From Gammaproteobacteria bacterium (GTDB lineage Bacteria; Pseudomonadota; Gammaproteobacteria; Steroidobacterales; Steroidobacteraceae), in assembly GCA_040002315.1 (NCBI GenBank), contig JBDUEQ010000146.1, forward strand, positions 6,009-70,008: 64,000 nucleotides of DNA, given 5' to 3'. The stretch's first letter is position 1. The number at the start of each line of letters is the position of its first letter. Positions 27,401 to 37,054 of this stretch are shown piece after piece. The notes beneath the pieces are model-generated. The model saw nothing but the letters and a program-made list of their open reading frames with translations. It was not told the origin of the DNA and did not search any database. The translations under genes and the position numbers were made by a program.

Positions 27401-29047
27401 GTGAAATCGTATCTGTTGCCGTACCCCATGGCTGCCTGGGTGTTCTTCATGTCCGCAGCCGCGTTCGCTCAGCCTGTAACGGACAGTTTCTCCGAGGCCG
27501 ATAGGTTGCGGGGCAACTATGGCCCCCATCGCTCCAACAACGATCTGCTGTACTACCATTTGGATGTACGAGTCGATCCCGATAATCAGTACCTGAGCGG
27601 CAAGAATTCCATTCGATTCAAGATGCTCAAAGACGGGACGAGAATTCAGCTCGATCTCGTGCCGGCATTCAAGATTGAAAAAATACTCTGGGATCAGCCG
27701 AAGGGCGACCCTCAACCACTACATTTCGAGCGTGCGGCGGGACGTACCGTCTATGTTGATTTTCCCGGCACACTGCACCGCGGTGGCGTCTACACCATCG
27801 AGTTCTATTATTCAGGGCATCCTGTGGAAATGGGCCGATTTGGCGGATTTGCGTTCCGTAAAGATCCTATGGGGCGCAATCTGGTCAATACGGCCTGCGA
27901 GGAAGAGGGTGCCAGCGTTTGGTGGCCCAACAAGGATCAGTGGCGTGACGAAGTGGACAGCATGGACATCAGCGTCGAGGCTCCCAGCGACCTGGTCGAG
28001 GTATCCGGAGGGCGGTTTCAAGGCAAGCAAGACCTGCCCGATGGCTACACACGCTGGAATTGGCATGTTCAGTATCCCATCAACAACTACGACGTGTCAT
28101 TGAACATAGGCAAGTACGTGCATTTCGATGACCGGTACGGCGCTCTGACGCTCGACTACTACGTTTTCCCGGAAGATCTGGACAAGGCGAAGCGCCAATT
28201 CGTACAGGTCAAGGACATGCTTGGTGCGTTCACTCACTACTTCGGCGAGTATCCGTTTGCGAATGACGGTTACAAGCTCGTTGAGGCGCTGTATTCCGGA
28301 GTGGAGAATCAGACCGCCATCACCTACGGCAATCATTTCGAGAACGGCTATCTGGGAAAACCCACGGAAGGCATAGGAACTCGCTTCGATTTCATCATCG
28401 TGCACGAAAGCGCGCATGAATGGTTCGGCAACAGCATCACCGCGCAGGACCGCTCGGACATGTGGATCCACGAAGGATGGGCGAATTACAGTGAGGCGTT
28501 GTTCGTGGAGCAGATGTGGGGCAAGCAGGACGCCATCACCTACGTGAATACGGGAAAGGAGCGGGTGAAAAACCAGGTTCCGGTCATTTCCGAGGAGGGA
28601 GTATTCAGCACCCCGCCGCCGGACCAGTACAAGAAGGGCTCGTTATTTCTGAATACTCTGCGCAGCGTGGTCGACGACGATAGAGAATGGTTCTCGTTGC
28701 TTCGGGACTATTACCAACATTTCAAATATCAGACCATCATGACGACGGACATGGTCGCCTTCTTTAATCGTCATACTGGCAAACAACTGCAGCCGATCTT
28801 CGATGAATATCTACGGCATGCCGCCATCCCGACTCTTGAACTGCGTTTCAACGAGACCGCACACTCGATGTCGTACCGCTGGCTCGCGGACGAGAAGGGT
28901 TTTGCCATGCCGGTGCGGGTCGGTCGAAAGGACAAATGGCAAGTCATTCATCCCACCCAATCCTGGCGGACAATGACCACCGGCATCGGCAAAGATGATT
29001 TCGAAGTCGCGACGGATCTGTACTATATAAACGTCAGTAAGCACTAG
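27401..29047 (+). CDS. secreted M1-family zinc metallopeptidase (aminopeptidase N-like)
   Basis: The GTG at 27401 follows ggag. Signal peptide ...WVFFMSAAAFAQP. Gluzincin signature HESAHEWFGN-X-WIHEG (HEXXH-X18-E). Confidence 0.85.
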   Translation: MKSYLLPYPMAAWVFFMSAAAFAQPVTDSFSEADRLRGNYGPHRSNNDLLYYHLDVRVDPDNQYLSGKNSIRFKMLKDGTRIQLDLVPAFKIEKILWDQPKGDPQPLHFERAAGRTVYVDFPGTLHRGGVYTIEFYYSGHPVEMGRFGGFAFRKDPMGRNLVNTACEEEGASVWWPNKDQWRDEVDSMDISVEAPSDLVEVSGGRFQGKQDLPDGYTRWNWHVQYPINNYDVSLNIGKYVHFDDRYGALTLDYYVFPEDLDKAKRQFVQVKDMLGAFTHYFGEYPFANDGYKLVEALYSGVENQTAITYGNHFENGYLGKPTEGIGTRFDFIIVHESAHEWFGNSITAQDRSDMWIHEGWANYSEALFVEQMWGKQDAITYVNTGKERVKNQVPVISEEGVFSTPPPDQYKKGSLFLNTLRSVVDDDREWFSLLRDYYQHFKYQTIMTTDMVAFFNRHTGKQLQPIFDEYLRHAAIPTLELRFNETAHSMSYRWLADEKGFAMPVRVGRKDKWQVIHPTQSWRTMTTGIGKDDFEVATDLYYINVSKH

Positions 29048-29180
29048 ATGCTTTTAAGCATATTTCCGAGCATTATCCGGGTCTTATGCGAACTCCGGTG
29101 CTTCTCGATGCGGCGCTGTTTCCTGCAAGAGCGACTGGCGGCAGCTCGCGGCGCGGAAAATTCTTGCCGGGCTGGCTGCG

Positions 29181-30062
29181 TCACACCGTACATAGCCGGA
29201 AGGCCTCCGCGAGCGATACGAACGGATCGCTGCGCGTCGGTTCGAACTCGTGCGCGACATATCCCTGATAGTTGAGGTCAGCGATGGCGGCGGCGATGGC
29301 GGGGTAGTTGAGTTCCTGGGTGCCGTTGATCTCATGGCGGCCCGGGACGCCGCCGGTATGAAAATGTCCAATCCACTGGATGTTGTCGCGGATAGTCCGG
29401 ATCACATCGCCCTCCATGATCTGCATGTGATAGATGTCATACAACAACTTCACCCGCGGCGAATTGACTCCCTTCAGGACTGCAACCCCGAATGCGGTAT
29501 GATCTCCCTGGTAACCCGGGTGGTTCACTTTGCTGTTAAGCAGCTCCACGCAGATGGTGACACCCTGCTCGGTGGCGAGGGGCGCAATTTTTGCAAGGCC
29601 CGCGACGCAATTGGCGATCGCCGCCTGGTCGTCGATGCCCGGGACACGATTCCCAAACATGGCGATGACGTTCGGAACCTGTGCGCGCGCTGCGAGCGGG
29701 AGCACCGTTTCTAATTCGTTCAGCAGCATTGCGTGATGGGCGGGGTCGTTGAAACCCGTCTCGATGAATTTCTCCCGCCGGCTGGCATAGCTCATTGAGA
29801 CGGTGAGCCCTGCATCGCGCGCAACCGTCCACTCATCCGGGAACAACAGATCGATCGCCCGGAAGCCAATCGGTTTCACGCGGCGGCACAGATCGGGCAG
29901 CGGTATACGTGCGTACGGCCAGCGGCACAGCGATTGCTGGAGCCGCCCGTTGGACGAACCTGACGAGTCCGCCCGGACTTCGCCAGCAGCGAGAATGCCG
30001 GCAGCCCCCGCCAGCGCCCTGAATGTAGCGCGGCGGCTGATCGGGTGGTATTTGTCCGGCAT
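29181..30062 (-). CDS. Tat-exported xylose-isomerase-like TIM-barrel protein (hydroxypyruvate isomerase / sugar phosphate isomerase-epimerase family)
   Basis: Twin-arginine leader MPDKYHPISRRATFRALAGAAGILAAGEVRA. TIM-barrel family motifs ICVELLN...HPGYQ and IGHFHTGG.PGRHE. Confidence 0.8.
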   Translation of the reverse strand: MPDKYHPISRRATFRALAGAAGILAAGEVRADSSGSSNGRLQQSLCRWPYARIPLPDLCRRVKPIGFRAIDLLFPDEWTVARDAGLTVSMSYASRREKFIETGFNDPAHHAMLLNELETVLPLAARAQVPNVIAMFGNRVPGIDDQAAIANCVAGLAKIAPLATEQGVTICVELLNSKVNHPGYQGDHTAFGVAVLKGVNSPRVKLLYDIYHMQIMEGDVIRTIRDNIQWIGHFHTGGVPGRHEINGTQELNYPAIAAAIADLNYQGYVAHEFEPTRSDPFVSLAEAFRLCTV

Positions 30063-30082
30063 GCGCCTCGAGCTACTGTACT

Positions 30083-30982
30083 TCAGCTCATGGCGTGCAG
30101 ATAGGCGTACGCATGCCGAGCCGCCTGCACTTGGCTCATACGCGCGAACGGCCCTTCCTGTTCCACAAAGTAGTGTTGCAAGCCCGCCTTCGATGCTGCG
30201 GCGAATATCGGCTTGTAGTCGATGATGCCGTGTCCCAATTCGGCTCCGGCAGGTTCGGCCTCCTTACCGTCAACCTTACTGGGTGGCAGGAAGTCCTTGA
30301 CGTGAATCATAGGAAAACGATGGGGGTATTTCCTGAAATAGTCTGCGGGATTGCCGCCGCCCAGCACCATCCAGCCGCAGTCGATCTCGAACTTCACCAG
30401 TTCCGGGTCTGTTTCACGCAGCATGAGGTCGTAGCCGGTGGCGCCCCCGCCTTGGTCGTCCAATTCGCCGTGGTGATTGTGATAGGCGTACTGAAGTCCG
30501 GCCTGCTTGGCCTTCTCGCCTATTTTATTGGCGAGCTCGGCCGATCGCTTTGCTTCATCCAGAGTCATCGCCTGTGTTGGGTTGACAAGCGGTGGACGCA
30601 AACTACCGCGCAGGCTGCCGCTGGTGGCGTAATGTGCGCCCAGTGCGTGCGCATCATCGAAGGCTGCCCCCAAATTGGCAATGTCGAACTGCAGGTGCGC
30701 GCTGGGGCAGGCCAGGCCGTTCTCATCGAGCAGCTTGCGAAATTCCCTCGCCGACAGATTGCCGAAACCGGCCGTTTCTACCTCGCCGAAGCCAATCTCC
30801 TTGATGGCCTTCAAGGTGCCCTCTGGATTCTCTTTGATGCCCGCGTTGACCGCATAGAGCTGAATGCCTATGGGCTTGCCCATTGGATTGGAAAACGCGC
30901 GCGGCAACCAATTGGATGCACCCAGCGCCGCGCCCAATCCACCCGACCGGATGAGGAACTTTCTTCGGGACAATGATTTCAT
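30083..30982 (-). CDS. Tat-exported xylose-isomerase-like TIM-barrel protein
   Basis: The ATG at 30982 gives MKSLSRRKFLIRSGGLGAALGA. Family-typical YAYHNHHGEL and PMIHVKD motifs. Confidence 0.8.
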   Translation of the reverse strand: MKSLSRRKFLIRSGGLGAALGASNWLPRAFSNPMGKPIGIQLYAVNAGIKENPEGTLKAIKEIGFGEVETAGFGNLSAREFRKLLDENGLACPSAHLQFDIANLGAAFDDAHALGAHYATSGSLRGSLRPPLVNPTQAMTLDEAKRSAELANKIGEKAKQAGLQYAYHNHHGELDDQGGGATGYDLMLRETDPELVKFEIDCGWMVLGGGNPADYFRKYPHRFPMIHVKDFLPPSKVDGKEAEPAGAELGHGIIDYKPIFAAASKAGLQHYFVEQEGPFARMSQVQAARHAYAYLHAMS

Positions 30983-31006
30983 GTTTGCAGTCTCCACCAC
31001 AGATCA

Positions 31007-31035
31007 TAACGATATTACATTTTCGTAACCGATAT
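31007..31035. promoter_or_regulatory. TAAC(C)GATAT direct repeat in the divergent promoter of the GMC locus
   Basis: TAACGATAT at 31007-31015 and TAACCGATAT at 31026-31035. They lie about two helical turns apart in an AT-rich 89-nt intergenic region between starts 30982 (-) and 31072 (+). Confidence 0.25.
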
Positions 31036-31071
31036 ACACTAGCCTGATAACTTTGTGGGGTCCTGCCGGCA

Positions 31072-32754
31072 ATGCTGCAGTCTGCACACTATGACGCGAT
31101 TGTGGTCGGCTCCGGCATATCCGGCGGGTGGGCCGCGAAGGAGCTCACGGAGAAGGGGCTGCGTGTCCTGCTGCTCGAGCGGGGCCGCAACGTTGAGCAC
31201 ATCAAGGACTACGTCAACGCCACTAAAGCGCCTTGGGAGTATTTGCACCGAGGCGGCCGTACGTACGCCATGGAACAGGCTTACCCCGTGCTCAAGCGAG
31301 ACTATCCGCTCAATGAGAAGAACCTCGCCTTCTGGGTGAACGAGAAGGACTCGCCCTACACGGAAGTGAAACGATTCGACTGGTATCGAGGTTATCAGGT
31401 CGGTGGCCGTTCGCTCACCTGGGGGCGCCAGAGTTACCGCTGGAGCGATTTCGACTTCGAGGGCAATGCAAAGGATGGTATCGCGGTCGACTGGCCGATT
31501 CGTTATGGTGAGCTTGCGCATTGGTACGACCACGTTGAAAGGCACGCGGGAATCTCGGGCTCACGCGACGGGCTGGCTCAGCTTCCCGACGGGCAATATT
31601 TACCTGCAATGCCGCTCAATTGCGGTGAGGAGTTGGTCGCCAACCGGCTCAAGGGCAAGTTCGACGGTAAGCGTCAAATCATCGCGGGACGCACCGCGAA
31701 TGCCACCAAGGCGCTGGAAGGGCGCGCGCCTTGTCAGTATCGGAACGCATGTTGGCTAGGCTGCCCGTACGGAGCCTACTTCAGCACGCAGTCCTCGACG
31801 CTGCCGGCGGCGGCGAAGACCGGCAAGCTCACGCTCAAGCCTTGGTCGATCGTGACCGAGGTTCTCTACGACAAAGATCGCAAGCGCGCCAGTGGCGTAC
31901 GGGTGCTCGATGCCGTCACCGAGCAGTGGGCCGACTATACCGCGAAGTTGGTCTTTCTCTGTGCCTCCACGCTCAATTCAACGTGGCTGCTGCTGCGATC
32001 CGCAACGGACGTGTGGCCGGGGGGCCTCGGCAGCAGCTCAGGTGAACTCGGTCACAACCTCATGGACCATCATTTCCGCTGTGGCGCGGAGGGCAAACTC
32101 TCGGGCTTGGACGACAAGTACTACTACGGACGTCGTCCTACCGGCATCTACATTCCGCGGTATCGCAATTTGTTCGGCGACAAGCGGCAGTACCTGCGTG
32201 GGTTTGGCTACCAAGGCAGCGCCAGCCGCGAAGGATGGTCGCGCGCGGTCAAAGAACTGGGTGTGGGTGCAGCCTTCAAGGACGAGCTGACCTCGCCTGG
32301 ACCCTGGGTGTTTGGTGCCACGGGATTCGGCGAAATGCTTCCCAATCACGCCAACCACATTGGGCTTGACGCATCGAGGCAGGACAAGTGGGGACTGCCG
32401 GTGCTCAAAATTGATTGCGCCACCGGCGAGAACGAGCACTTGATGCGCAAGGATATGATGTCAGACATGGCGGAGATGCTCGAGCAAACGGGGGCGAAAA
32501 TGATCAGCACGTACAATGACGGATATTTTCCGGGCATGAGCATCCACGAGATGGGCACCGCGCGCATGGGGAAGTATCCCACGAGCTCTGTGCTGAACGC
32601 GCACAATCAGGTGTGGGATGCCCCGAACGTGTTCGTCACCGACGGAGCGTGCATGACGTCTTCAGCGTGTCAGAACCCTTCGCTCACATATATGGCGCTC
32701 ACTGCTAGAGCCGCGGATTATGCCGTGAATGAACTCAATCGACGCAACCTTTGA
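31072..32754 (+). CDS. GMC-family FAD flavoprotein oxidoreductase (no own signal peptide), copy 1
   Basis: Rossmann motif YDAIVVGSGISGGWAAKELTEKGLRVLLLERG. GMC C-terminal region (HEMGTARMG...NVFVTDGA). 560 aa. Confidence 0.85.
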   Translation: MLQSAHYDAIVVGSGISGGWAAKELTEKGLRVLLLERGRNVEHIKDYVNATKAPWEYLHRGGRTYAMEQAYPVLKRDYPLNEKNLAFWVNEKDSPYTEVKRFDWYRGYQVGGRSLTWGRQSYRWSDFDFEGNAKDGIAVDWPIRYGELAHWYDHVERHAGISGSRDGLAQLPDGQYLPAMPLNCGEELVANRLKGKFDGKRQIIAGRTANATKALEGRAPCQYRNACWLGCPYGAYFSTQSSTLPAAAKTGKLTLKPWSIVTEVLYDKDRKRASGVRVLDAVTEQWADYTAKLVFLCASTLNSTWLLLRSATDVWPGGLGSSSGELGHNLMDHHFRCGAEGKLSGLDDKYYYGRRPTGIYIPRYRNLFGDKRQYLRGFGYQGSASREGWSRAVKELGVGAAFKDELTSPGPWVFGATGFGEMLPNHANHIGLDASRQDKWGLPVLKIDCATGENEHLMRKDMMSDMAEMLEQTGAKMISTYNDGYFPGMSIHEMGTARMGKYPTSSVLNAHNQVWDAPNVFVTDGACMTSSACQNPSLTYMALTARAADYAVNELNRRNL

Positions 32755-32766
32755 GCTGTAGCGAAC

Positions 32767-33402
32767 ATGTCGTCCGAACCGGAACAAGTGCAGACGCTCA
32801 ATCGTCGAGAGGCAATTCGGCGGGTCAGCGCCATGCTGGGAGGCGTTGCATTGGTCGGCGGGAGCGGCCTGTTGACCGCCGTAGCTACTTCCGAGCAAGG
32901 CGCGCCGGGCGAATTCAGCATCAAACAAATCGCATTGCTGGACGAAATCGCCGAAACGATTCTTCCCGCCACCAAGACTCCGGGCGCGAAGGCCGCCAAG
33001 GCCGGTGCATTCATGGCGCTGATGGTCACCGATTGCTACGGTCCCGACGAGCAGAAGATATTCCGCGAAGGCATGGTTACAGTGGACCAGGCGATGCAGC
33101 AGGCAAACAAAGTGTCGTTCCTGCAGGCATCGTCGCAACAGCGCCTCGCCGTGCTCACCATTCTTGACCAAGAACAGAAGCGCATGATGGATGCGCGCGA
33201 AGCTGCAGATCATAACGCTGCAGCGCGGCATGACAAGCAACCGGCACACTACTTTCGCATGATGAAAGAACTCGCGCTGCTCGGCTACTTCACGTCCGAA
33301 ATCGGTTGCATGCTGGTATTGCGCTACATCGAGTCGCCGGGCCGCTTCGATCCGTGTATCCCATGCACGGCGGGCGAGCCGGCTTGGGCGTCGCATGCCT
33401 GA
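32767..33402 (+). CDS. gluconate 2-dehydrogenase subunit 3-family small subunit with Tat leader, copy 1
   Basis: Leader NRREAIRRVSAMLGGVALVGGSGLLTA. About 210 aa, immediately after GMC copy 1. The family is known as the Tat hitch-hiker subunit of FAD dehydrogenase complexes. Confidence 0.7.
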   Translation: MSSEPEQVQTLNRREAIRRVSAMLGGVALVGGSGLLTAVATSEQGAPGEFSIKQIALLDEIAETILPATKTPGAKAAKAGAFMALMVTDCYGPDEQKIFREGMVTVDQAMQQANKVSFLQASSQQRLAVLTILDQEQKRMMDAREAADHNAAARHDKQPAHYFRMMKELALLGYFTSEIGCMLVLRYIESPGRFDPCIPCTAGEPAWASHA

Positions 33403-34561
33403 GCTCGTCGGTAACAGCGCATCTGTTCTGCCCTTGCGCCGTCTTCGTGCTGGCATCGTTGGCGGCGGGCGCGGAGCGTTCATAGGGTCGATACACCGCA
33501 TAGCTGCCGAGCTCGACGGCCAGGCGCTGGTGGTGGCGGGTGCCATGTCCGCGGATCCGCAGATCGCCCGGGAAAGCGCCGCGGCCTGGTTTCTCGAGCG
33601 CGCCTACGACTCCTACACCGACATGGCCCTGGCGGAATGCGCCCTCGAGAACGGCATCGATTTCGTCATCATTGCAACCCCTAATCATCTGCACTACCCC
33701 GTTGCGAAGGCATTTCTCACAGCAGGGGTCCACGTCATCTGCGACAAACCACTCGCCTTCACGGTCGCCGAGGCAGAAGAACTGGTGCGACTTGTTGACG
33801 AAGGCGCGACGCTGTTTGCGCTCACGCACAACTACACGGGCTATCCGGCCGTGCGCCAGGGGCGCGCGATGGTTCGCGCTGGACAGTTGGGCGACATTCG
33901 CAAAGTCATGGTCGAATACACCCAGGACTGGCTGATGGAACCGTTGGAAAACCGGGGCAACAAGCAGGCGGAGTGGAGAACGGATCCTGCACGGTCAGGC
34001 CTTGGCGGCTGTGTGGGTGATATCGGGTCGCACGCCGAGAATCTGCTCGAGTATGTCACGGGTCTCGAGATCGAATCCTTATGCGCCGACTTGAGCAGTA
34101 TCGTCCCGGGCCGCCGCTTGGATGACGACGGCAATATACTGTTGCGGCTGCGTGGCGGAGCCAAGGGGACGCTGGTGTGCTCACAAATTGCCTGCGGGGA
34201 GGAGAACCGACTCTCCATTCGAGTATATGGATCCGAGGCGGGGCTGGAGTGGCATCAGCAGGAACCGAACACACTCATCTACAAGGCCGCCGGCAAGCCG
34301 TGGGCGCGGCTACGGACCGGCCAGAGCTACATGAGTGAGTCCGCCAGGGCTGCGACGCGAACGCCGGCTGGACATCCCGAGGGCTATCTCGAAGCCTTTG
34401 CGAACATCTACCGCGGCTTCATCGAGGACGTACGCCGGGTCGGGTCCGGTCAACCACCGCGGCGGGACTACCCCGGCGTTCGAGACGGCCTGCGCGGCTT
34501 GCGCTTCGTTGAACGCGCGGTGGCGAGTTCGCAGTCCGGTTCGGTTTGGCTCAAGTTGTAG
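33395..34561 (+). CDS. Gfo/Idh/MocA-family NAD(P)-dependent oxidoreductase (cytoplasmic)
   Basis: N-terminal Rossmann region LRAGIVGGGRGAFIG and an EKP-type motif as ICDKPLA. 8-nt overlap with the upstream gene. No signal peptide. Confidence 0.85.
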   Translation: MPELVGNSASVLPLRRLRAGIVGGGRGAFIGSIHRIAAELDGQALVVAGAMSADPQIARESAAAWFLERAYDSYTDMALAECALENGIDFVIIATPNHLHYPVAKAFLTAGVHVICDKPLAFTVAEAEELVRLVDEGATLFALTHNYTGYPAVRQGRAMVRAGQLGDIRKVMVEYTQDWLMEPLENRGNKQAEWRTDPARSGLGGCVGDIGSHAENLLEYVTGLEIESLCADLSSIVPGRRLDDDGNILLRLRGGAKGTLVCSQIACGEENRLSIRVYGSEAGLEWHQQEPNTLIYKAAGKPWARLRTGQSYMSESARAATRTPAGHPEGYLEAFANIYRGFIEDVRRVGSGQPPRRDYPGVRDGLRGLRFVERAVASSQSGSVWLKL

Positions 34562-34567
34562 GATCCT

Positions 34568-35797
34568 ATGACTCCCATCATTAGAATTCGTCTTTGCACC
34601 ATGATGTTCCTGGAGTTCTTCATCTGGGGCGGTTGGTTCGTGACCATGGGCAGTTACCTGGCGTCGAACCTTCACGCGACCGGAGCGCAGACCGCGCTCG
34701 CCTACTCCACCCAGTCATGGGGAGCCATCATCGCGCCATTCATCGTCGGGCTCATCGCGGATCGCTACTTCAACGCCGAACGGCTTTTGGGGGTCATCCA
34801 CATCGGCGGTGCCATACTGATGTACGTGTTGTTCTCGAGCCGGGATTTCGCTGGGTTCTATCCGTATCTGTTGGCGTACATGATTCTATACATGCCGAGC
34901 TTGGCACTCGTCAATTCAATTGCATTTCGACAGATGAATGATCCCTCCAAGCATTTTTCGAGCATCCGCGTCTGGGGCACGATCGGTTGGATCGTGGCGG
35001 GCCTGGTGATCAGCTATCTGTTCGCCTGGGATTCGAGCAAGGGAATGACGCAAGGCTTCCTCAAGAACACCTTTCTGATGTGTTCCATGGCCTCATTCGC
35101 GCTGGGGCTGTACAGCTTCACACTGCCGCAAACGCCGCCCGCGCCCAGACTCAAAAACGGCAGCGGGATAAGTGCCCTGCTGGGGTTCGATGCATTGGTG
35201 CTGTTGAAGCAACGGAACTTTGTCGTGTTCTTCGTGGCGTCGATATTGATCTGCATTCCGCTCGCGTTCTATTACCAGAACGCCAATCAGTTTCTTACCG
35301 AAATTCACGTCGCCAATGCCACCGGCAAGCAAACCATCGGCCAGATGTCCGAAGTGCTGTTCATGTTGCTGATCCCGTTGTTCCTGAACCGTTTTGGCAT
35401 GAAGACCACCCTGCTGCTCGGCATGTTGGCTTGGGCTCTTCGGTATATATTATTTGCGTTCGGCAACGCTCACGAGCTTGCATACATGTTGCTGCTCGGG
35501 ATCGCGCTGCATGGCGTGTGCTATGACTTCTTCTTTGTCTCCGGACAGATCTACACCGACTCCAAGGCGGGTCCACAGCACAAGAGTGCCGCGCAGGGCT
35601 TGATCACGTTGGCTACCTACGGCGTCGGCATGCTGATGGGGTTTTGGGCCGCCGGTCGCATCGACGATCTGTACTTCGCGGGCGCGGTGCACGACTGGAA
35701 AGCAATTTGGCTTTATCCGGCGGGATTTGCGGCCCTGGTGTTCGTGTTGTTCGCGTTGACCTTCCGCAATGAGACCATCGGGTCCGCCAAATCATGA
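34568..35797 (+). CDS. MFS permease of the nucleoside:H+ symporter (NupG/XapB/YegT) family
   Basis: The N-terminus [24 protein letters not shown]...[10 protein letters not shown] parallels E. coli NupG (FLQFCLWGSWLTTLGSYM...LLGIVADKW). 12 predicted TM helices. Confidence 0.85.
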   Translation: MTPIIRIRLCTMMFLEFFIWGGWFVTMGSYLASNLHATGAQTALAYSTQSWGAIIAPFIVGLIADRYFNAERLLGVIHIGGAILMYVLFSSRDFAGFYPYLLAYMILYMPSLALVNSIAFRQMNDPSKHFSSIRVWGTIGWIVAGLVISYLFAWDSSKGMTQGFLKNTFLMCSMASFALGLYSFTLPQTPPAPRLKNGSGISALLGFDALVLLKQRNFVVFFVASILICIPLAFYYQNANQFLTEIHVANATGKQTIGQMSEVLFMLLIPLFLNRFGMKTTLLLGMLAWALRYILFAFGNAHELAYMLLLGIALHGVCYDFFFVSGQIYTDSKAGPQHKSAAQGLITLATYGVGMLMGFWAAGRIDDLYFAGAVHDWKAIWLYPAGFAALVFVLFALTFRNETIGSAKS

Positions 35798-37038
35798 CGC
35801 ACGTGACGGAATTCAAACCCCGCCCGATGAAGCTCAGCGTGCTCACGGCGGCGCTGCAGGAACTCACGCCGCGCGAGCGGCGTGAGGCAGACCCAGACCT
35901 CGCCGTCGAGGAGTGGCTGGAATTTGCGAGACAGATGGATTGTCCGCACATCGAGCTCTCGGCGGCGCTGCATCCCGGCGAGAGCGATGTGCCGGCGGCC
36001 GCGCTTCTCGATCCCGTGGCGAATACGCTGGACCTGCGCCAACCCTTTGACCGCAAGCGCGCCGCGCGCTTGCGGCAGGCAATGCAGGCGACCCGAGTCG
36101 GTCTGTCGGATCTAGCCTACTTCGACAACATGCTGGCCCCCGACGATTCCGTGCGGCGGGAGAAGCACGAACTGATGCTGAGGGTGTTCGACGCTGCGGT
36201 TCTGCTCGGCACGGACGCCGTGACCGGCTTCGTTGGCCGCAATCCGTTATTGGAAATGGACGCCAATTTAGCCATGTTCGAACAAGTGTTCGTGCCGCTG
36301 CTAAAGGCAGCCAAGGCTCGCGGGCTGACCTTTCGGGTCGAGCAATGTCCCATGCCGGGATGGAACATCACCGACAAGTGGCATAACAACATCGCCTATG
36401 CACCGGGTCCGTGGATTGCACTGCATCGGATCTGCGAGCGTCACGGCGTCGGCGATCAGTTCCGCATTCACTACGATCCCTCGCATGCGATCTTGATGGG
36501 ACAGGATTCACGTTCGGTGTTTCAATACTTGAAGGACGAAGGCTATAATTTTTTGATCAGCGGTTTTCACGTCAAGGGGCAGGTCATCGACTCGCGCGGC
36601 GTCTCCGGCTGGGGCTATGGCGGGCAGACCATGCAGCGCGGGGACTGGCGCGGCGGGAAGCCCTCCACCGATCCGCTTGAGCAACAGAACGCCTGGAAGA
36701 AGCAAACCGTGTTTTCGGAACACGAACTGCCGGGGACGGCGCGGCACGATCCGCTCGCGTACTTGCAGAATCGAACCGTGGATTGGCTGGACCATCAATT
36801 GGCGGCGCGCGAACTGCTGGACATCGCGCCTGATAAAACCTTCCTGGTCGTAGAACACGAATATCCCAAGGCCCGCATCCAGGACAAGGCACGCCTCAAG
36901 CCGATTCTGGCGGGCTCCATCGCCTTCACCCGCGCGATCGACGAAGCCGCCGCGGCGATGTACGCGCTGCAGCATGAGGTGCTCGCTTCTCAGGGCATCG
37001 CAGTGCAGGGTGTCGGGCGCGAGGCCTACCGGTCCTGA
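35794..37038 (+). CDS. xylose-isomerase-like TIM-barrel protein, signal-less (cytoplasmic), long form
   Basis: ATGA overlap with the permease stop. 414 aa, with family-like motifs [10 protein letters not shown] and IHYDPSH. No leader. Confidence 0.7.
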   Translation: MTHVTEFKPRPMKLSVLTAALQELTPRERREADPDLAVEEWLEFARQMDCPHIELSAALHPGESDVPAAALLDPVANTLDLRQPFDRKRAARLRQAMQATRVGLSDLAYFDNMLAPDDSVRREKHELMLRVFDAAVLLGTDAVTGFVGRNPLLEMDANLAMFEQVFVPLLKAAKARGLTFRVEQCPMPGWNITDKWHNNIAYAPGPWIALHRICERHGVGDQFRIHYDPSHAILMGQDSRSVFQYLKDEGYNFLISGFHVKGQVIDSRGVSGWGYGGQTMQRGDWRGGKPSTDPLEQQNAWKKQTVFSEHELPGTARHDPLAYLQNRTVDWLDHQLAARELLDIAPDKTFLVVEHEYPKARIQDKARLKPILAGSIAFTRAIDEAAAAMYALQHEVLASQGIAVQGVGREAYRS

Positions 37039-37054
37039 GCAAGACCGCAACGCC

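Noticed and set aside
29048-29061. ATGCTT-TT-AAGCAT mini-hairpin after the M1 peptidase stop as a terminator
   Set aside because: The stem is only 6 bp and AT-rich, the loop is 2 nt, and there is no U-tract. That is too weak to call.
30095-30976. 293-aa forward ORF almost exactly co-extensive with the reverse-strand TIM-barrel gene
   Set aside because: The reverse frame has a Tat leader and family motifs (YAYHNHHGEL). The forward frame has no motif and an Arg/Gly/Val bias.
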